Source: Hemiscyllium ocellatum (taxonomy: Eukaryota). From it: DNA of 64,000 nucleotides. The stretch is from positions 39,804,001 through 39,868,000 of the forward strand of contig NC_083428.1 of NCBI RefSeq assembly GCF_020745735.1. Direction: 5' to 3'. Both the position numbers and the translations under genes were made by a program. Shown here in pieces: positions 1 through 12,190 of this stretch (positions are counted from its first letter, which is position 1; the number at the start of each line of letters is the position of its first letter). The notes under the pieces are model-generated. The model was not told the origin of the DNA. It saw only the letters and a list, made by a program, of their open reading frames with translations, and did not search any database.

Positions 1-128
1 GCCATGCTAAATTGCCCGTAGTGTTAGGTGTAGGGGAATGGGTCTGGGTGGGTTGCCCTTCGGAGGGTCGGTGTGGACTTGTTGGGCCAAAGGGCCTGTT
101 TCCACACTGTAAGCAATCTAATCTAATC
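1..128 (+). mobile_element. HE1-type (elasmobranch V-SINE) 3' part
   Basis: GCCATGCTAAATTGCCCGTAGTGTTAGG...GGGCCTGTTTCCACACTGTAAG-(TAATC)n tail; matches the complete copy at 12191-12507. Confidence 0.85.
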
Positions 129-134
129 AAAACA

Positions 135-745
135 AATCTCACACTTTCTAACATTGTATTCCATCTGGCACTTCTTTGCGTACTAACACTAGGGGTTCTT
201 ATCTTATTTAGCACTTACTGTGCAGGACCTTGTCAAAGTCCTTCTGGAAGTCCAAATAGATCACATCTACTGACTCCTTTGACTAACATGCTCATTACCT
301 CCTCAAAGAATTCCAACAGCTTTATCAGGCATGATGTCCATTTAATGAAGACATACTGAGTCATCTCCATTTTATTATGCACTGCCAATTACTCTGCAAT
401 CTTATCCTTAATAATAGACTCTAAAATCTACCAATAACAAAGGTCAAGCTAACTGGCTTATAATCTTCCTGTCTTCTGCCGAGCCACCTCCCCCCCCCCC
501 CCCCCCCAACCTCCTTAAATAAGACTTTTGCATTGTCATTATCCAGTACTCTGGGATCGTCCCTAACTCCAGTGATTAATGACAGATCACCACAAATGCC
601 TCTACAATTTCCCCAGATATCTCCTTCAGACCCTGGGATGTAGTCCATCTGGTCCTGGTGATCTATCCATATTTAGACCCCTCAGCTTCCCCAGCAAATT
701 CCCCTGAGTGATAGCCACTACACATTTCTGCCACCTGACTCTCAA
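135..745 (-). mobile_element. Degenerate CR1 LINE ORF2 (RT) fragment
   Basis: Minus strand resembles the CR1 RT N-terminal region (YKPVSLT, MDY-P-PD-type motifs; ORF 421-648), with stops and frameshifts. Confidence 0.7.
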
Positions 746-1195
746 AGGTCTGTATGCAGTCTTGCCCATGGAGTGCCATGTCAAGGTGTTATGTGGCTCA
801 GTAGGGAAATTGCAAATTGTGTTCTTCCCATGTGTCTGCTGACTTTGCCCTTCTGAGTGTTTATTTAACTGTCACACTAGATGAGGACATTAGCAGTGAA
901 TAAAAGTTTGATTAAAATATTTAACTTAGCACAGTTCTTCCAAAGTTCTGGCTTACCAACCATCACTGCTTTATTAATTTTAACTTAAGCCATATGTTTT
1001 TCCCAAAGTTCTTTCTGCAGCGCCCACCATCACTACACAGGAAACCTCATTTCCATTGTTTCATTGGGTATACAGTGGCTGTCATGAACACAACTTATGA
1101 CGACATCATAAACTGTTTGAAAATGTACACTTGTTTAAATTCTAAAACAAACTTTGCTGGACTAAATCATGGCCTATCACATGATGCACATTAAG

Positions 1196-1531
1196 TACAG
1201 GTGGTTCTGGGATAATGCGCATTTTGACAGCAGATTTGGTTATAGTGTCGCTGAAGAATTAGGGATTGGTATTTCTGAGAATGCTTACCTCTGTTTGCAA
1301 TAGCAAGTTTACTTTGTTCTGCGTATGTGTCGATGTCCATGCTGAAATCTCCACGCTGTTCTGCACATCCACCATGTCTGCGCTGTTCTAGACATGTGCA
1401 ATGTTGGTGCCGGTCTTGATGCTGTTCTGCACATGTGCGATGTTAGCACTGGTCTTTGTGCCATAATGTGCATGCTCTGATGTCAACTACCACTAGAGCA
1501 GCTTTCTGAGAGCTACTGTATGGAGAACCAC
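1196..1531. mobile_element. Tc1/mariner(pogo)-type MITE remnant
   Basis: Starts TA-CAGGTGGTTCT; inverted AGAACCAC at 1524-1531; internal GCTGTTCTGCACAT-type repeats. Confidence 0.5.
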
Positions 1532-3989
1532 TTTCTTCCATTTTTTAAAAAAATATACTGAGTCAAATTTACTTTTGTTTCACTTATAAATATGATTTCA
1601 GCCTTCATTCAGGCTGTGCCTTACTTTGCGTTAGGCTTTTGGGTGGTTTTTGAGTGATCATGAGTTACGTTTTGCTTGTCTGCCCCGACTCCACTTTTCT
1701 CATAGGCCCCATTATTTCTATTAAACGATATTCTATTACACAAGGTTTCGCTGGAATGCAACTATGGCATTATAGGAGAACTACCGGTACAATTCCTGGA
1801 AGGATTCTGATTGGTATTTACCGATCAGGTAAAATTTAGCTATCATCCTCCTGGAATATCATACCCTTGCACAGTGTGGACCTTGCAAGCTACAAACAGA
1901 AAAAGACCACGATTCCCCAGTCAGTTCAAAACAAAGGTGATCTATTGAATCTGATTGTGCCTGAAATGGTGCTGAAAGCTCACCATTGACCTCATACAAA
2001 CCATTGTTATAGTCACAGAGATGCAAGTAATTGTTACATGGAAAATATCTCATTAAATTGAAACAGATTCACCCAGGAACTTGCATCACATGATCAAAGC
2101 TCCTAGATGTTGTAAAAGGGTTTAATTATATATTTTTTGAACACTTACTTTAGCCTGGTAAAGATCTCGTGACTTTTAACATTAGTCTGTGAAGCGTCTA
2201 AACCAGCTGACACCGCAGCCAAACTCTAGGCTTAGCCTCAGGTCTCAACTTCTTTGCAACTTAGTTTTCAGGAAGAAATCTCATATTTACACCAAAACTG
2301 GACCAGCACCATCTTGTGTCTTCATCAACGTCAAAACAATCCAGAACTTCAGCCAATTGCACACATCCAAATACAAGCTCATTGGGAAAAACCTTCACAA
2401 TACATTGATTTTCTGGATGCAAACTAAAACAAACAAATTAATATCTAGTAGAGGTTATCATATGTATGTGTTGTGACAAGCATTCCCCAGGTTTGAATGC
2501 ATGACTAAACCATACTACTGTTTTAAAGCCTAAAATAACTTTGTTGCGAGCCATTTAAAAATTGAACTTGACAAGTAAAAAGGTTGAAGGGAAATACACA
2601 CTGCCTGTTTCAAAGTGGTAAAGAAATAAGAATCTTTGTTTACAAATTTCAACTGTTGTGGACAGAAGGTAAAACAAAAACGTTCAATTCTCTTCTTCTT
2701 CATACCTATAACAGCGGCTAATCACAAATAACTATCTGGAATATCACAACAGTCATTTCACCTTTTAGTCTTTACTCAATTATTATGAAGTTCAGATTTA
2801 TTTTGCATAAATCAACAAATATACAACATTTATTTCCTTCCTTAATAAAACACCATATATTTTCATATTAAATTATTTGGCGATATACATTCAGATCCTA
2901 CTGTTGCAATTTGAAATTTTCAATCCAAAAGTAATCTATTCGATTATTTGTCTTTATGGAAGAAATCACATGTGATTCCAGTCCTAGAACAATGTGATTG
3001 ATTACAAATTGTCCTCTGAAGCAACTAAGCAAACCAATTAGTAGATTTCAAACTAGACAACTGGAGATGTTGGCTTGATAAAAGTGATGTTTTTCCTATG
3101 ATCCTGCACTCTCACATGGACACTTATTTAGCAAAAGTGCTCTATATCTTTGTATGACTAATTCCTTTTTAGTAAGGCTCAAATGAATTAGGGTTGCTGT
3201 ATAAAGATAAAAAGGATTTAAAACTGAAGTATATTAACCAAATAATATTATTTTAATCCTATGATATCTGAAGAAAGAAAGAAAGAATTTGTGCTTTTAT
3301 ATCATCAGGATGTCACAAGGCATTTTTCAGTGAATTAAAGTAAACACGTACATGCTATAGTAATGTTTAAAACACAGTTGCCTGTCTATGCGTAGTAAGA
3401 TCACACAAACAATAATGTGAGAATGACAAGATCATCTGCTTGTTAGAAAGTTAAAGATTGTGTCAACCTACAGGGACAGACCTACAGGACCTGGGTTTAT
3501 TAACTGCTGCTAAAGACAGAATGTCTGATAATGCAACACTTCCTCAGGATTTGTGGTTGTAGCGTGGAAACTCAGCACTGAACCTTTTGACTCAGATATT
3601 CACAAGTTGTGATTGAGCAGTAGGAAGAGTGCTTTAGGGTTCAGGATTGAAAATGTTAGAATTCCAAACAAACATTCTTTCCTCAAGCAACCTTATGATA
3701 AGAGATATATCATCAGGCTGTTACTGGGAATATATTGGCACTGCATTAGTTCTTGTGAATAGCTATTTCTCTGAAAGCAAGTGATTTAATTAGGCAATAG
3801 TCTTGCAATGTATTACTTCTTGCCAAATTTCAACATATAAAACACAAATACAAACATAAATTACTGTTGATGTAAACAGGGCCATATTGGCGATATTGTC
3901 CAATTGAGTACGGGAGATGAATTAAAAGAAGAATGTTGTTTACTTGTTGCCCAAATGTATAAACCCATGTGAGATAGTACTGATGAAGC

Positions 3990-4312
3990 AGTGAGGCTGC
4001 AAAAGACTTCAATAGGGTAGGACAGTTGGCAAGACGTGGCAGGTGGAATAACTTGGGAAAGTAAGATTATGAAGTTTGGAAGGAAGAATAGAGCAGAGAT
4101 AATTTTCTAAATGGGGAAAGGCATTGGAAATCTGAAGCACAAAGAGACTGAGCAGTCCTAGTTCAGAATTATCTTAAGGTTAAGGCTGAAGGATCTGAGC
4201 CTGTACTCAATGGAGTTTACAAGGTTGGGGTGGGGCTGGGGTGGGGTGAGGGAAATCTCATTAAAACTTAGACCATACTGAGAGTGGATGTGAAGAAGAT
4301 GTTTCCACTAGT
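3990..4312 (+). mobile_element. Old CR1 3' fragment, left half (split by younger CR1)
   Basis: Ends GATGTTTCCACTAGT; the consensus continues at 8572 (TGGAGAGACTAGGACCTGAGGGCACAGCC). Confidence 0.7.
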
Positions 4313-4393
4313 CACAGAGTCATAGAGATGTACAGCATGGAAACAGACCCTTCAGTCCAACCTGTCCATGCCGACCAGATATCCCAACCCAAT

Positions 4394-7150
4394 CTAGTCC
4401 CACCTGCCAGCACCTGGCCCATATCCCTCCAAAACCTTCCTATACATGCACCCATCCAAATGCCTCTTAAATGTTGCAATTGTACCAGCCTCCAACACTT
4501 CCTCTGGCAGCTCATTCCATACACGTACCATCCTCTGTGTGAAAAAGTTGTCCCTGAGGTCTCTTTTAAATCTTTCCCCTCTCACCCTAAACCTATGCCC
4601 TCTAGTTCTGGACTCCCCCACCCCAGGGAAATTACTTTGCCTATTTACCTTATCCATGCCCCTCAATTTTGTAAACCTCGATAAGGTTACCCCTCAGCCT
4701 CCAACGCTCCATGGAAAACAGCCCCAGCCTGTTCAGCCTCTCCTTATAGCTCAAATCCTCAACCCTGGCAACATCCTGCTGAATCCTTTCAAGTTTCACA
4801 ACATCTTCCCAACAGGAAGGAGACCAGAATTGTGGCCTAACCAATGTCCTGTACAGCCCCAACATGACCTCCCAACTCCTGTACTCGATACTCTGACCAA
4901 TAAAGGAAAGCATACCAAATGCCTTCTTCACTATCCTATCTACCTGCGACTCCACTTTCAAGGAGCTATGAACCTGCACTCCAAATTCTTTGTTCAGCAA
5001 CACTCCCTAGGACCTTACCATTAAGTGTATAAGGCCTGCAAAGATTTGCTTTCCCAAAATGCAGGCACCTCACATTTATCTGAATTAAACTCCATCTGCC
5101 ACTTCTCAGCCCATTGGCCCATCTGGTCCAGATCTTGTTGTAATCTGAGGTAACCTTCTTCACTGTCCACTCCACCTCCAATTTTGGTGTCATCTGCAAA
5201 CTTACTAACTGTACCTCTTATGCTTACATCCAAATCATTTATGTAAATGACAAAAAGTAGAGGAACCAGCACCAATCCTTGTGACACTCCACTGGTCACA
5301 GGCCTCCAGTCTGAAAAACAACCCTCCAACACCACCCTCTGTCTTCTATCTTTGAGCCAGTTCTGTATCCAAATGGCAAGTTCTCCCTGTATTCTGTGAG
5401 ATCTAACCTTGCTAATCAGTCTCCCATGGGGAACCTTGGCGAACGCCTTACTGAAGTCCATATAGATCACATCTACCACTCTGCCCTCATCAATCCTCTG
5501 TTACTTCTTCAAAAAGCTCAATCAAGTTTGTGAGACATGATTTCCCACGCACAAAGCCATGTTGATTATCCCTAATCAGTCCTTGCCTTTCCAAATACGT
5601 GTACATTCTGTCCCTCAGGATACCCTCCAAAAGCTTGCCCACCACTGATGTCAGACTCACTGGTCTATAGTTCCCTGGCTTGTCCTTACCACCCTTCTTA
5701 AACAGTGGCACCACGTTAGCCAACCGACAGTCTTCCGGCACCTCACTTATGACTATCGATGATACAAATATCTCAGAAAGAGGCCAAGCAATCACTTCTC
5801 TAGCTTCCCACAGAGTTCTAGGGTATACCTGATCAGGTCCTGGGGATTTATCCACCTTCACCCATTTCAAGACATCCAGCACTTCCTCCTCTGTAATATG
5901 GACACTTTGCAAGATGTCATCATCTGTTTCCCTACAGTCTATATCTTTCATATCCTTTTCCACAGTAAATACTGATGCAAAAAACTCATTTAGTATTTCT
6001 CCCATTTTCTGCAGCTCCACACAAAGACCACCTTGCTGATCTTTGAGGGGCCCTATTCTCTCCATTGTTACCCTTTTGTCCTTAATGTATTTGTAAAAAC
6101 TCATTGGATTCTCCTTAATTCTATTTGCCAAAGCTGTCTCATGTCCCTTTATTGCCCTCCTGATTTCCCTCTTAAGTATACTCCCTTTATACTCAAAGGA
6201 TTCACTCGATCTATCCTGTCTATACCTTACGTATGTTTGTTTCTTTTTCTTAACCAAACCCTCAATTTCTTTAGTCATCCAGCATTCCCCTTACCTACCA
6301 GCCTTCCTTTCACCCTAACAGGAATATTTCTCTGGATTTTTGTTATCTCGTTTCTGAAGGCTTCCCATTTTCCAGCCGTCCCTATACCTGCGAACATCTG
6401 CCCCCAAGCAGCTTTTGAAAGTTCTTACCTAATGCCATCAAAATTGGCCTTTCTCCAATTTCTTCAACTTTTAGATCTGGTCTATCCTTTTCCATCACTA
6501 TTTCAAATCAAATAGAATTTTGCTCACTGGCCCGAAAGTGCTTCCTTACTGACACCTCAGTCACCAGCCCTGCCTTATTTCCCCAAGAGTAGGTCAAGTT
6601 TTGCACCTTCTCTTGTAGGCACATCCACATACTGAATCAGAAAATTGTCTTATACACACTTAACAAATTCCTCCCCATCTAAACCCTTAACACTATGGCA
6701 GTCCCTGGAAAATTAAAATCCCCTACCATAACCACCCTATTTTTCTTACAGATAGCTGAGATCTCTTTACAAATTTGTGTCTCAATTTCCCTTTGACTAT
6801 TAGGGAGTCTATAATACAATCCCAATAAGGTTATCATCCCTTTCTTATTTCTCAGTTCCATCCAAATAATTTCCCTGGTTGTCTTTCCGGGAATATCCTC
6901 CCTCAGCACTTCTGTAATGCTATCGCTTATCAAAAATGCTACCTCCCCCCTCCTTTCTTCCCTCCCTTTTTATCCTTCCTGTAGCATTTGTATCCTGGAA
7001 CATTAAGCTGCCAGTCCTGCCCATTCCTGAGCCATGTTTCTGTAATTGCTATGATATCCCAGTCCCAGGTTCCTAACCATGCCCTGAGTTCATCTGCCTT
7101 CCCTGTTAGGCCCCTTGCATTGAAATAAATGCAGATTAATTTATTAGTCC
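4394..7150 (-). pseudogene. CR1 ORF2 (APE endonuclease + reverse transcriptase), frameshifted
   Basis: Consecutive minus ORFs 6679-6933 (VGDFNFP), 5490-6278 (PGNYRPVSLT, NQHGF), 5021-5479 (MDFSKAF, FADDTK), 4650-5003, 4394-4666. Confidence 0.92.
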
Positions 7151-7261
7151 TACCTTGTCCCTGCCTGCCCTGACTGTTTGACTCGCTTCTGTTCTCAACT
7201 GTACCAGGCTCAGATTGGTCTTTATCCTCACTATCTCCCTGGGTCCCACTCCCCCACCCTA

Positions 7262-8197
7262 CTAGTTTAAATCCTGCTGAGCAGCTCTAGCAAATGTCCC
7301 TGCCAGTATATTAGTCCCCTTCCAATTTAGGTGCAATCTGTCCTTCTTGTACAGGTCACTTCTACCCCAAAAGAGATTCCAATGATCCAAAAATGTGAAT
7401 CCCTCTCCCATACACCAGCTCCTCAGCCATGCATTCATCTGCTCTATCCTCCTATTCCTGCCCTCACTAGCTCGTAGCACTGGGAGTAATCCAGACATTA
7501 CTACTCACGAGGACCTCCTTTTTAAAATTCTGCCTTACTCCTTGTAATCTCCCTTCAGAATCTCAACCGTTTCCCTCCCTATGTCATTGGTTCCAATGTG
7601 GACAATGACCTCTTGCTGGCCCCTCTCCCCCGTGAGAACATTCTGCACCCTCTCTGAGACACCCTTGATCCTGGCACCAGGGAAACAACACACCATTCTG
7701 CAGTTTCTCTGCTGGACACAGAAACATCTGTCTTTACCTTGGACTAGAGAATCCCTGAACACAACTGATCTCTTGGAAGCCGACGTACCCCTCATTGCGA
7801 TAGAGCCAGTTTCAATACCAGAAACTTGGCTGTTCATGCTATGTTCCCCTGAGAATCCATCACCCCCTACATTTTCCAAAATAACATACCTGTTTGAAAT
7901 GGGTATATCCACAAAAGACTCCTACACTGGCTGCCTACTTCTCTTACCTTTCCTGGAGTTAGCCCATCTATGTGACTGTATCTGAGACTTTCCCCCCTTC
8001 CTATAACTGCCATTCATCACATACTGTTGCTGTTGCAAATTCATCATTGCATCTAACTATCTCTCCAACCGAACCATTCAAACTGATAAGATTCACAGCC
8101 AACAGCATTTATGGCAGATATAATCGGCAGTAACCCTTAAACTCTCTTTAAACTCCCACATCTGACAAGAAGTACATATCACTCTATTAAAGGCCAT
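7262..8197 (-). pseudogene. CR1 ORF1 (N-terminal Cys-rich finger + SGNH esterase-like domain), disrupted
   Basis: ATG at 8197 (MAFNRVICTSCQMWE...DYICHKC); ORFs 7535-7912 (CFPGA, HIGTND) and 7262-7498 (D-LHLN-KG). Confidence 0.85.
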
Positions 8198-8571
8198 TTT
8201 TGCTCCTTCACAATCTACAGACCCAGAAATCAACACCCTCCTATTCCTCTACAAACACTGCCCCAGGTTAAATTAATAGCTATGGCTTATATTTTAAGTT
8301 TAATCAAGAGATATATCTCCAAAACATAATCAAGAAAGAACCCACTCTACTCACTACTGCAGATTCTCTGTAGGCCACACTTAAAACAACGATTAACTTA
8401 TCTGATTCTGTGCTGTGAACTTTGCCCAACAGTTGCTCCAAGATCAGTTGTGAGTTTCACTGTGTTAATTTTCCCAGATGCCCTCCGATGTCCAACCATA
8501 CATGAATTCAAACAGCAAAGGCAGTAACTGTGCAGATTCTCTCTCTCTCTCTCCTGCCATGACTCACCAGT

Positions 8572-8810
8572 TGGAGAGACTAGGACCTGAGGGCACAGCC
8601 TCAGAGTGAAGAGACGAGGGAAGGTTTCTTTAGCACAGATAGTGAATCTGTGGAACATATTGTTGCAGAAGGTTGTTGAGGCCAAGCCATTAAGTATATT
8701 TAATTCAAAGATAGATTCTTGATTAGTCAGGGATCAAAGGTTATAGGGAAAAGACAGGAGAATGCGGTTAAGAAACATATCAACCATGGTCGAATGACGG
8801 CGAAGACTGA
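8572..8810 (+). mobile_element. Old CR1 3' fragment, right half
   Basis: Continues the element broken at 4312; typical CR1 3' end (GATAGATTCTTGATTAG...AACCATGGTCGAATG). Confidence 0.7.
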
Positions 8811-9288
8811 CTGATGTAAGTTTGCTCCGATATCTTTTGGTCGAACAAAATGCAAGCAATTACAGTGCCTAGGGTTGACTTTTATAAGAATACTCAAGGT
8901 TATTCGGAACAGGTTGAGAATCCCAAAGTTTACACTTTATCTCCAAGTCAACACATTTGCTAAGAAACTCTGCTCCTAACTATATTTGAAGAAATTGAAG
9001 CAGATTGAATTGATTAGTTTCGCTCCTAGGTAAAACTCATCTGATGAATAAGTCTGTAGCAAATATTTGTCCCCAGGTTAAAAAAAAGTCCCACTATTTC
9101 AATGTTGCTCTCTGATATTTGTTTTTTTAAGTAAAGGTCTGTCAAACATTTTCCACGGAAACAGAGTCCCTTTAAGATCCTCGCATCACTTTAAAAGAGA
9201 GTGACGGTTTTGTTCTTGCCCCCAAAAGAATCCATTTGCTGTTCTGAAGGTGCTGAGCAACGGATGTGCTCTGCTTATACCTACCTCA

Positions 9289-9504
9289 GAGCTGAAAATG
9301 TGTTGCTGGTTAAAACACAGCAGGTCAGGCAGCATCCAAGGAGCAGGAAATTCGACATTTCGGGCCAGAGCCCTTCATCAGGAAGGGCTCTGGCCCGAAA
9401 CGTCGAATTTCCTGCTCCTTGGATGCTGCCTGACCTGCTGTGCTTTAACCAGCAACACATTTTTAGCTCTGATCTCCAGCATCTGCAGACCTCACTTTTG
9501 ACTC
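9289..9504 (-). mobile_element. Fold-back Penelope-like terminal repeat (hairpin) with hammerhead core
   Basis: ~90-bp inverted arms centred at ~9378; flanks ATACCTACCTCA 9277-9288 / ATACTTACCTCA 9513-9524. Confidence 0.85.
9351..9384 (-). ncRNA. Type I hammerhead ribozyme motif (sense to cdo1 pre-mRNA)
   Basis: UUC-CUGAUGA-A-GGGC-ucug-GCCC-GAAA-UG-UC-GAA; core intact, stem III position 15.2 is U. Confidence 0.6.
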
Positions 9505-10080
9505 GAAGATTCATACTTACCTCAACCGAGTCATTAAACCTACACCAGCAGGGCTGCAGTGTTGCAGGCTATGTGACTGAAAGAACATTAAACTGACTAG
9601 TTTGCATTTACTCAAGCTGTCAAGAAAATGACGAGACACAGAATATAAGCTTGCAAGCATCCAACCTCCATCGATCTCTCGAAGGAAACACATTTGTAAA
9701 TTGTCAGCTGTGTACTTCTGTGTATTGAAGGAGTAACAAAGTAACATTAGTTAATCAATACGTTACCGTATCAAACATAAGAAATAAGTCATTCGTGTTA
9801 AAATAGACCCATTGTCTCCTTCTGAGGGATCTTGTCAAGTTTCTGGACTCTTAACTATATGATACTGAAGTTGGGTCAAAACAGTGTTACAATTCGACCT
9901 TATTACAACAATAAAAACTTAAAGTGCACCACTACAGTTTCTGGTTAGCGAGTGGCCAAGGGCTGCTAAACCTTTTATTACATTTAACGCAGCAAAATAT
10001 TTATACGGTTGTCAAAATGTCCAGCATAAGTACGTGTAGACCCAGCGGCTTGCAATCTGCCCGCGGATTTAAATAATTAC

Positions 10081-10250
10081 CTGTATTTATCGAATTTTGC
10101 GAATTTACTCCAGTCCGCGGGATTACTTTTATAAGATTCCATCAGCATTTGCACTTCTTCCACGTTGATTTTATCGCTCGAGAAGATCTCATGAAGTTGT
10201 TGAATCAGATCCCCTAACGTCTCCGGTACCTGGAGCTGTGTCTGATTCAT
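10081..10250 (-). CDS. cdo1: Cysteine dioxygenase 1, coding exon 1 (170 nt, phase-2 end)
   Basis: MNQTQLQVPETLGDLIQQLHEIFSSDKINVEEVQMLMESYKSNPADWSKFAKFDKY(R), then GTAATT donor; closely matches the vertebrate CDO1 N-terminus and exon-1 boundary; exon 2 not found in window. Confidence 0.95.
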
Positions 10251-10337
10251 CTTTATTGTTTACCTCGGTTAGGTTTTTGTTTAAGTAACCGAACGAAGAG
10301 CGGATCAGACCGAAGGCGAGGGTGAAACTGCGGGAAG

Positions 10338-10433
10338 ATTTATAAGGAGCCTGGAAAATTTCCGGGAGGGCCAGAGGCGGAGCTTCAGGGAATTGAAGTA
10401 TCACTACATTGCCATTGGCAACAGTTGACCAAT
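10338..10433 (-). promoter_or_regulatory. cdo1: cdo1 proximal promoter
   Basis: TATAAAT (minus, 10344-10338), ETS-like CCGGAA ~10360-10365, GC box GAGGCGGAG 10374-10382, CCAAT boxes 10414-10418 and 10429-10433; CpG-rich surroundings. Confidence 0.7.
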
Positions 10434-10759
10434 GGTTCCCTGCATTCTGAGCTATTGAGTCAAAATATCAAACCGTCCGTCAGGGTGCCCGCAGTTTAAA
10501 AAATTGTATCCAATTAACCTCGAATTCAGCTTAGTGTTTGGATTTTCTTGTTACTCAACTTAGAATTGGAGCAAGTTCCCAAGGACTGTGGTGAAATTTT
10601 ACAAATTGTTCACATTTCTTTCGGTTCCTGACATAAATGATGATGCACTCCAAAGTTATGTCATGTTATTTAAGTAATTTCACGGTTCGTTAACTACTGA
10701 CGGCTGGTAGGAATTAGCTTTATTATATTTCAATGATTTTTAGATTTAGTGGCACATTC

Positions 10760-11060
10760 CCACTTTATTTATTTATTCTTGGGATTTGAATTTGCTGGAC
10801 AGCATTGGTTGCCTATCTTTCACTAATCTTAAGAAGCTACTAACAAACTGGCATCTCGAACCACTGCCGTTCTTGAGGTGTTACTAAGAAATAGTAAGTA
10901 TTTATTAGAAAGGCAGTTCCAGGATTTTGACTAGCTACAGTGAACGAAGAGCGATCAGGATATTGAGTAGCTTGGAGGTGGTGTTATTGTCATTTATCCA
11001 CTGTCTTTGTCCTCAATGCCAGGAGTCAGGTTTGGGAAGATGCTGTGGAAGGAACCTTAG
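10760..11060 (-). mobile_element. L2/CR1-clade LINE 3' fragment
   Basis: TTTATTTATTCTTGGGA...TTCCAGGATTTTGAC pattern of a common shark LINE tail; strongly decayed. Confidence 0.5.
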
Positions 11061-11227
11061 TGAGCAGTTGGGAGGGACTTATGCCAGACTGGGACTCTAG
11101 GAAACAATTTGGCTCAGATATTGATTTTTAATATTGTATATTCATTTTCCTTAACTAAAACAAAGCAGCAGTTGTCAGGTTTCTGTTGCCCCATTTATGA
11201 GTCTTTGAAGAAATGATTTGAAGACGC

Positions 11228-11420
11228 TGGTGTTGGACTGGTGTGTACAAAGTTAAAAATCACACAACACCATGTTCTAGACCAACAGGTTTATCTGGAA
11301 GCACTGGCCTTCAGAGCACAGCTCCTTCATCAGGTGGTTGATGAATCATCTGATGAAGGAGCTGCGCTCCGAAAGCTAGTGCTTCCAAATAAACCTGGTG
11401 TCATGTGATTTTTATCTTTG
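11228..11420. mobile_element. Fold-back terminal repeat of a second Penelope-like family
   Basis: Inverted arms AAAAATCACACAACACC...CTCCTTCATCAG / CTGATGAAGGAG...GTGATTTTT. Confidence 0.75.
11347..11381 (+). ncRNA. Type I hammerhead ribozyme motif (family 2)
   Basis: CAU-CUGAUGA-A-GGAGC-ugc-GCUCC-GAAA-GC-UA-GUG; perfect 5-bp stem II, palindromic AGCU stem III, 3-bp stem I. Confidence 0.65.
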
Positions 11421-12190
11421 AGCAAAAGTAACTCGATGCTAACTCAGCCTTATGCTGTTGCCCCAGTTTCTGAATTGTGTTTTAGCTCATTCTCGTGTGA
11501 CCTTCACTGAACCTAGCTGCTATTGAAATTTTTTTTTGTTAATACTTACTTCACTCTTTTCCCACTCCTAGAGATGCAGGAAGCAAATAAAGCTTGTTTT
11601 CTGGAGAAAGTGACCATAGTTTGAGGGAACCGCTCCATATGTAGCATTGCTGAGCAAGAGGATCTCCCAGGGAAAAAGTAAGCATTGCAGATGTTGGAGG
11701 TCAGAGTCAAACAGTGTGGTGCTGGAAAAGCACAGCCTGTCAGACAGCATCCGAGGAGCAGGAAAGTCGACATTTCAAACATAAGATCTTCATCAGAAAT
11801 GTGCTACGAGGCTGTTCCAGCCTTACCAGCTGCCATACGAGTTGATAATCAACCTGCATGGCCACATTGTGAATGCTCCTTCCAGAGCTATCTAGTGCTG
11901 GAGTGGGATTTGAACTGGAACTTCTGGCACACTCTGGAAGGACACTACACACTGTGCCATGAAACCTTCCTGCTAATACATATGACAGGTGAAATTCCTT
12001 GAAGAACAGGATTTCTTGTCTTCACTACACAACGGAAAGGAGAATTTAAGCATTAAAAGAGGATATGGGATGGTGAGGTAGGGAAGATCAGCAAGAACAT
12101 GGAATAATACTAATTGGGAGATAGTAGTACTGCAGTTGCAATTATCAGGCTAGAAAGATCGATAGCATAACCATTGCTGGGGGAAAGGAT

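Larger units (their letters stand above)
4313..8564 (-). mobile_element. Full-length (~4.25 kb) CR1 LINE in cdo1 intron 1
   Basis: ORF1 and ORF2 remnants in order; 3' microsatellite tail (CTCTATGA-type) at 4313-4330; 7-bp near-TSD CACTAGT 4306-4312 / CACCAGT 8565-8571. Confidence 0.9.

Noticed and set aside
1654-1908. CACAGTG + 23 nt + AAAAAGACC (RSS-like) after an ORF containing WHYRR..PG..LI
   Set aside because: No frame gives a V domain (no YYC, stops present), the nonamer is only 7/9, and it lies in cdo1 intron 1; likely chance
9517-9747. Minus ORF with MCFLREIDGG, superficially like CDO1 HCFLK
   Set aside because: It does not match the CDO1 exon 2 or 3 sequence or phase; not a coding exon of cdo1
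10272-10280. Perfect RSS nonamer GGTTTTTGT
   Set aside because: No heptamer at 12 or 23 nt; it lies in the cdo1 5' UTR
11572-11677. Plus-strand exon-like segment divergent from the cdo1 promoter
   Set aside because: Its donor is supplied by a Penelope terminal repeat, the ORF is only 16 aa, and there is no other support
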